Source: Brevundimonas sp. (GTDB taxonomy: Bacteria; Pseudomonadota; Alphaproteobacteria; Caulobacterales; Caulobacteraceae). Taken from it: a stretch of 64,000 bases of DNA. Below are positions 62,460-64,000 of this stretch, in pieces (position 1 is the stretch's first letter; each line of letters opens with the position of its first letter). Both the position numbers and the translations under genes were made by a program. The notes under the pieces are model-generated. The model was not told the DNA's origin. It did no database searches and saw nothing but the letters and a program-made list of their open reading frames with translations. The stretch spans positions 313,210 to 377,209 of the forward strand of contig NZ_OZ257138.1 of NCBI RefSeq assembly GCF_965279155.1. Direction: 5' to 3'.

Positions 62460-63691
62460 GCGAGGCCGAGCCGATCGATGACGCCGAGCCTGTCTCCCTT
62501 TTAGGCCCCGCGAAACGAGTTCTTCTGGGGGCCGGGTCGCCTTCGCGGCTCAAGCCCAGACGTCGGGCCGGACGACCGGTTTGTCTGCCGGAGCTGAAGC
62601 TGGACGGCATCATTGCGGAAGGCGGGCGCGAAGGTGAGATGGTCAAGGTGTGGAACCGCCTGTCCATGACGTCCGATGCCCCGCATTTTCATCTCATTCT
62701 CGAGAACCTGGACAAGACCCTCGCCGGCGCGTCGCAAAGCGCCGGGATCGAGACCCGAGGTCTCGCAGACGCAAATCTCGCGCTTCTCGTGATCCATGCC
62801 GACCATACCGCCGAGCTTTGGTCCGACAATCTGCCCGTGACCATGGATATCGTCCTGCTCCGCAGCGTAGAGAAGGGCGAAGCCGTCTTCCACCACGACA
62901 TTGGAGATATCCGGGCCGTCAATATTGGGGGGCCGCGTCTGTTGGCCGATGACAAGGTTCTCTGCGTCATGCGCGAAGGCTGGCGCTTCGGATTCTATAT
63001 GAATCTGACTCAGCAGTTCGATCCTGCGGAAATGGCGCGCACGCTCGCCGCCTTGATCCGGCGAATGCGCTACGCACGAATCTACAACGCTGTTCAGCAG
63101 CCGGCTGTGTTCGACCGGCTGGTGGAAGCGGGCTGGTTCCCCTTCGCCGAAATAGTGTCCCGGGAGTTCCCGAGCATCATGGGCGCGGTGGACGCGGGCT
63201 GGACCCTGGACGACGTCAACAAGGAGATCCTGAAGGCGTTCGACGAGCCCCGGCTCGACAGGATGCTGGAGCGTTGGACCCCCAGACCGCACTTTGCAGA
63301 CGCCGCGCCTCTCCTGCGGGCAGCGATCGCGGCCTACAAACGCGAAGACCCGGTTTCGGTCCTGAAGATCGTGCTCACGGAGATCGAGGGCGTTCTGCGG
63401 CGCGCCTACAAGGCGGAGACCGGACAGTCGGCCAGGCTCAAACGTCTGCTCGCCTTCGTCCATGAGACGGCTGTAAAAAAGACCGGCGCGCCTGACACGC
63501 TGCTGCTGCCGGAAAGGTTCACCGACTATCTGCGGGATTATGTATTCGCGGAGTTCGATCCTGACGCCGGCGGCGGGCTGGCCGGATCCCGACATGCCGT
63601 CGGTCACGGTGCGGCCGCGGCGGACAGCTACACCCAGGTGCGCGCCCTTCAGGCGCTGCTGACGCTCGATCAGCTCGCTTTGGCCACCTGA
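62456..63691 (+). CDS. Hypothetical protein with a C-terminal HEPN-like domain (start possibly 62639)
   Basis: ATGA overlap with upstream stop; EIEGVLR helix and SRHAVGHG (R-x4-H, 63590-63607). Confidence 0.65.
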   Translation: MSEAEPIDDAEPVSLLGPAKRVLLGAGSPSRLKPRRRAGRPVCLPELKLDGIIAEGGREGEMVKVWNRLSMTSDAPHFHLILENLDKTLAGASQSAGIETRGLADANLALLVIHADHTAELWSDNLPVTMDIVLLRSVEKGEAVFHHDIGDIRAVNIGGPRLLADDKVLCVMREGWRFGFYMNLTQQFDPAEMARTLAALIRRMRYARIYNAVQQPAVFDRLVEAGWFPFAEIVSREFPSIMGAVDAGWTLDDVNKEILKAFDEPRLDRMLERWTPRPHFADAAPLLRAAIAAYKREDPVSVLKIVLTEIEGVLRRAYKAETGQSARLKRLLAFVHETAVKKTGAPDTLLLPERFTDYLRDYVFAEFDPDAGGGLAGSRHAVGHGAAAADSYTQVRALQALLTLDQLALAT

Positions 63692-63797
63692 TCGTCTGTC
63701 GGGATCGTCTGAAACACCGTGCGCGCTGGGAAAAAGCAGCGGCAACCACTATTTCGATAACGCTGTTTGTCAGCCGGGTGCTACCCGGAAAGCAAAA

Positions 63798-63825
63798 GGG
63801 ATTAGCGGGCGAACTGCTAAATCCC
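63798..63825 (-). terminator. Hairpin immediately downstream of the tRNA-like fragment
   Basis: gggattagc...gctaaatccc imperfect stem with flanking aaaa on + (U-run on -). Confidence 0.5.
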
Positions 63826-63834
63826 ATTGAAAAA

Positions 63835-63877
63835 TGGTGGAGCTTAGCAGAGTCAAACCGCTGACCTTTTGCGTGCC
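63835..63877 (-). other. Degenerate 3' half of tRNA-Ala (GGC-like), probable att scar
   Basis: + strand tggtggagcttagcagagtcaaaccgctgaccttttgcgtgcc resembles the reverse complement of a tRNA-Ala 3' end (TGGTGGAGCTAAGCGGGATCGAACCGCTGACCTCTTGCATGCC) including CCA; 5' half absent. Confidence 0.7.
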
Positions 63878-64000
63878 CTCTCTGACCGCCCAATTCATGT
63901 TGGAGAGCTTCGGAACAAACCTCTAACCAAGTCCCTGACGAGAGCAACCTGATGCCGCCGGACCGTCAGACACCGTCCTGACGTAGTTACGGCACCGGGC

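Larger units (their letters stand above)
47576..63877. mobile_element. Accessory/defence island (boundaries approximate)
   Basis: Core genes stop after nnrD; resolvase, gene shards and large nuclease/NADase/ATPase genes follow; tRNA-like att scar at the right end. Confidence 0.75.

Noticed and set aside
63913-63927. SOS box near the island end
   Set aside because: GAAC-N7-TAAC has a mismatch in a conserved half-site, and no downstream gene is visible within the window.

Overview
GC-rich alphaproteobacterial chromosome segment; gene content and order point to Caulobacteraceae, probably Brevundimonas-like (inference). About 1-47.6 kb is mostly core genes: comEC 3' end, lexA, trpE/G/D/C, ppiD, tpiA, secG, pyrG, ptrB, bdhA, yaaA, parE, metC, sseA, cfa, photolyase, kdsA, hldE/hldD, rnhA, tatABC, glnA/glnB, nnrD. 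Within it (10.7-12.4 kb) is a two-gene module that looks like a CutF/CruR-type metal-responsive leader peptide. It has a signal peptide, a Cys motif and a C-terminal PEPGPPR, and its last codons pair with the Shine-Dalgarno of an uncharacterised His/Met-rich exported protein. About 47.6-63.9 kb is an accessory island. It holds a solitary serine resolvase with res-like sites, three gene shards (SDR, dnaE2, APC permease) and six co-oriented candidate anti-phage genes. These are a DUF4238-like protein coupled to a HEPN-motif protein, a DSR1-like sirtuin, a PLD-fold (HDR) protein, a restriction-nuclease/STAND-ATPase protein and a second HEPN-motif protein. The island ends at a degenerate tRNA-Ala 3' fragment resembling an att scar. 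All family assignments come from motif reading by eye; no searches were run.
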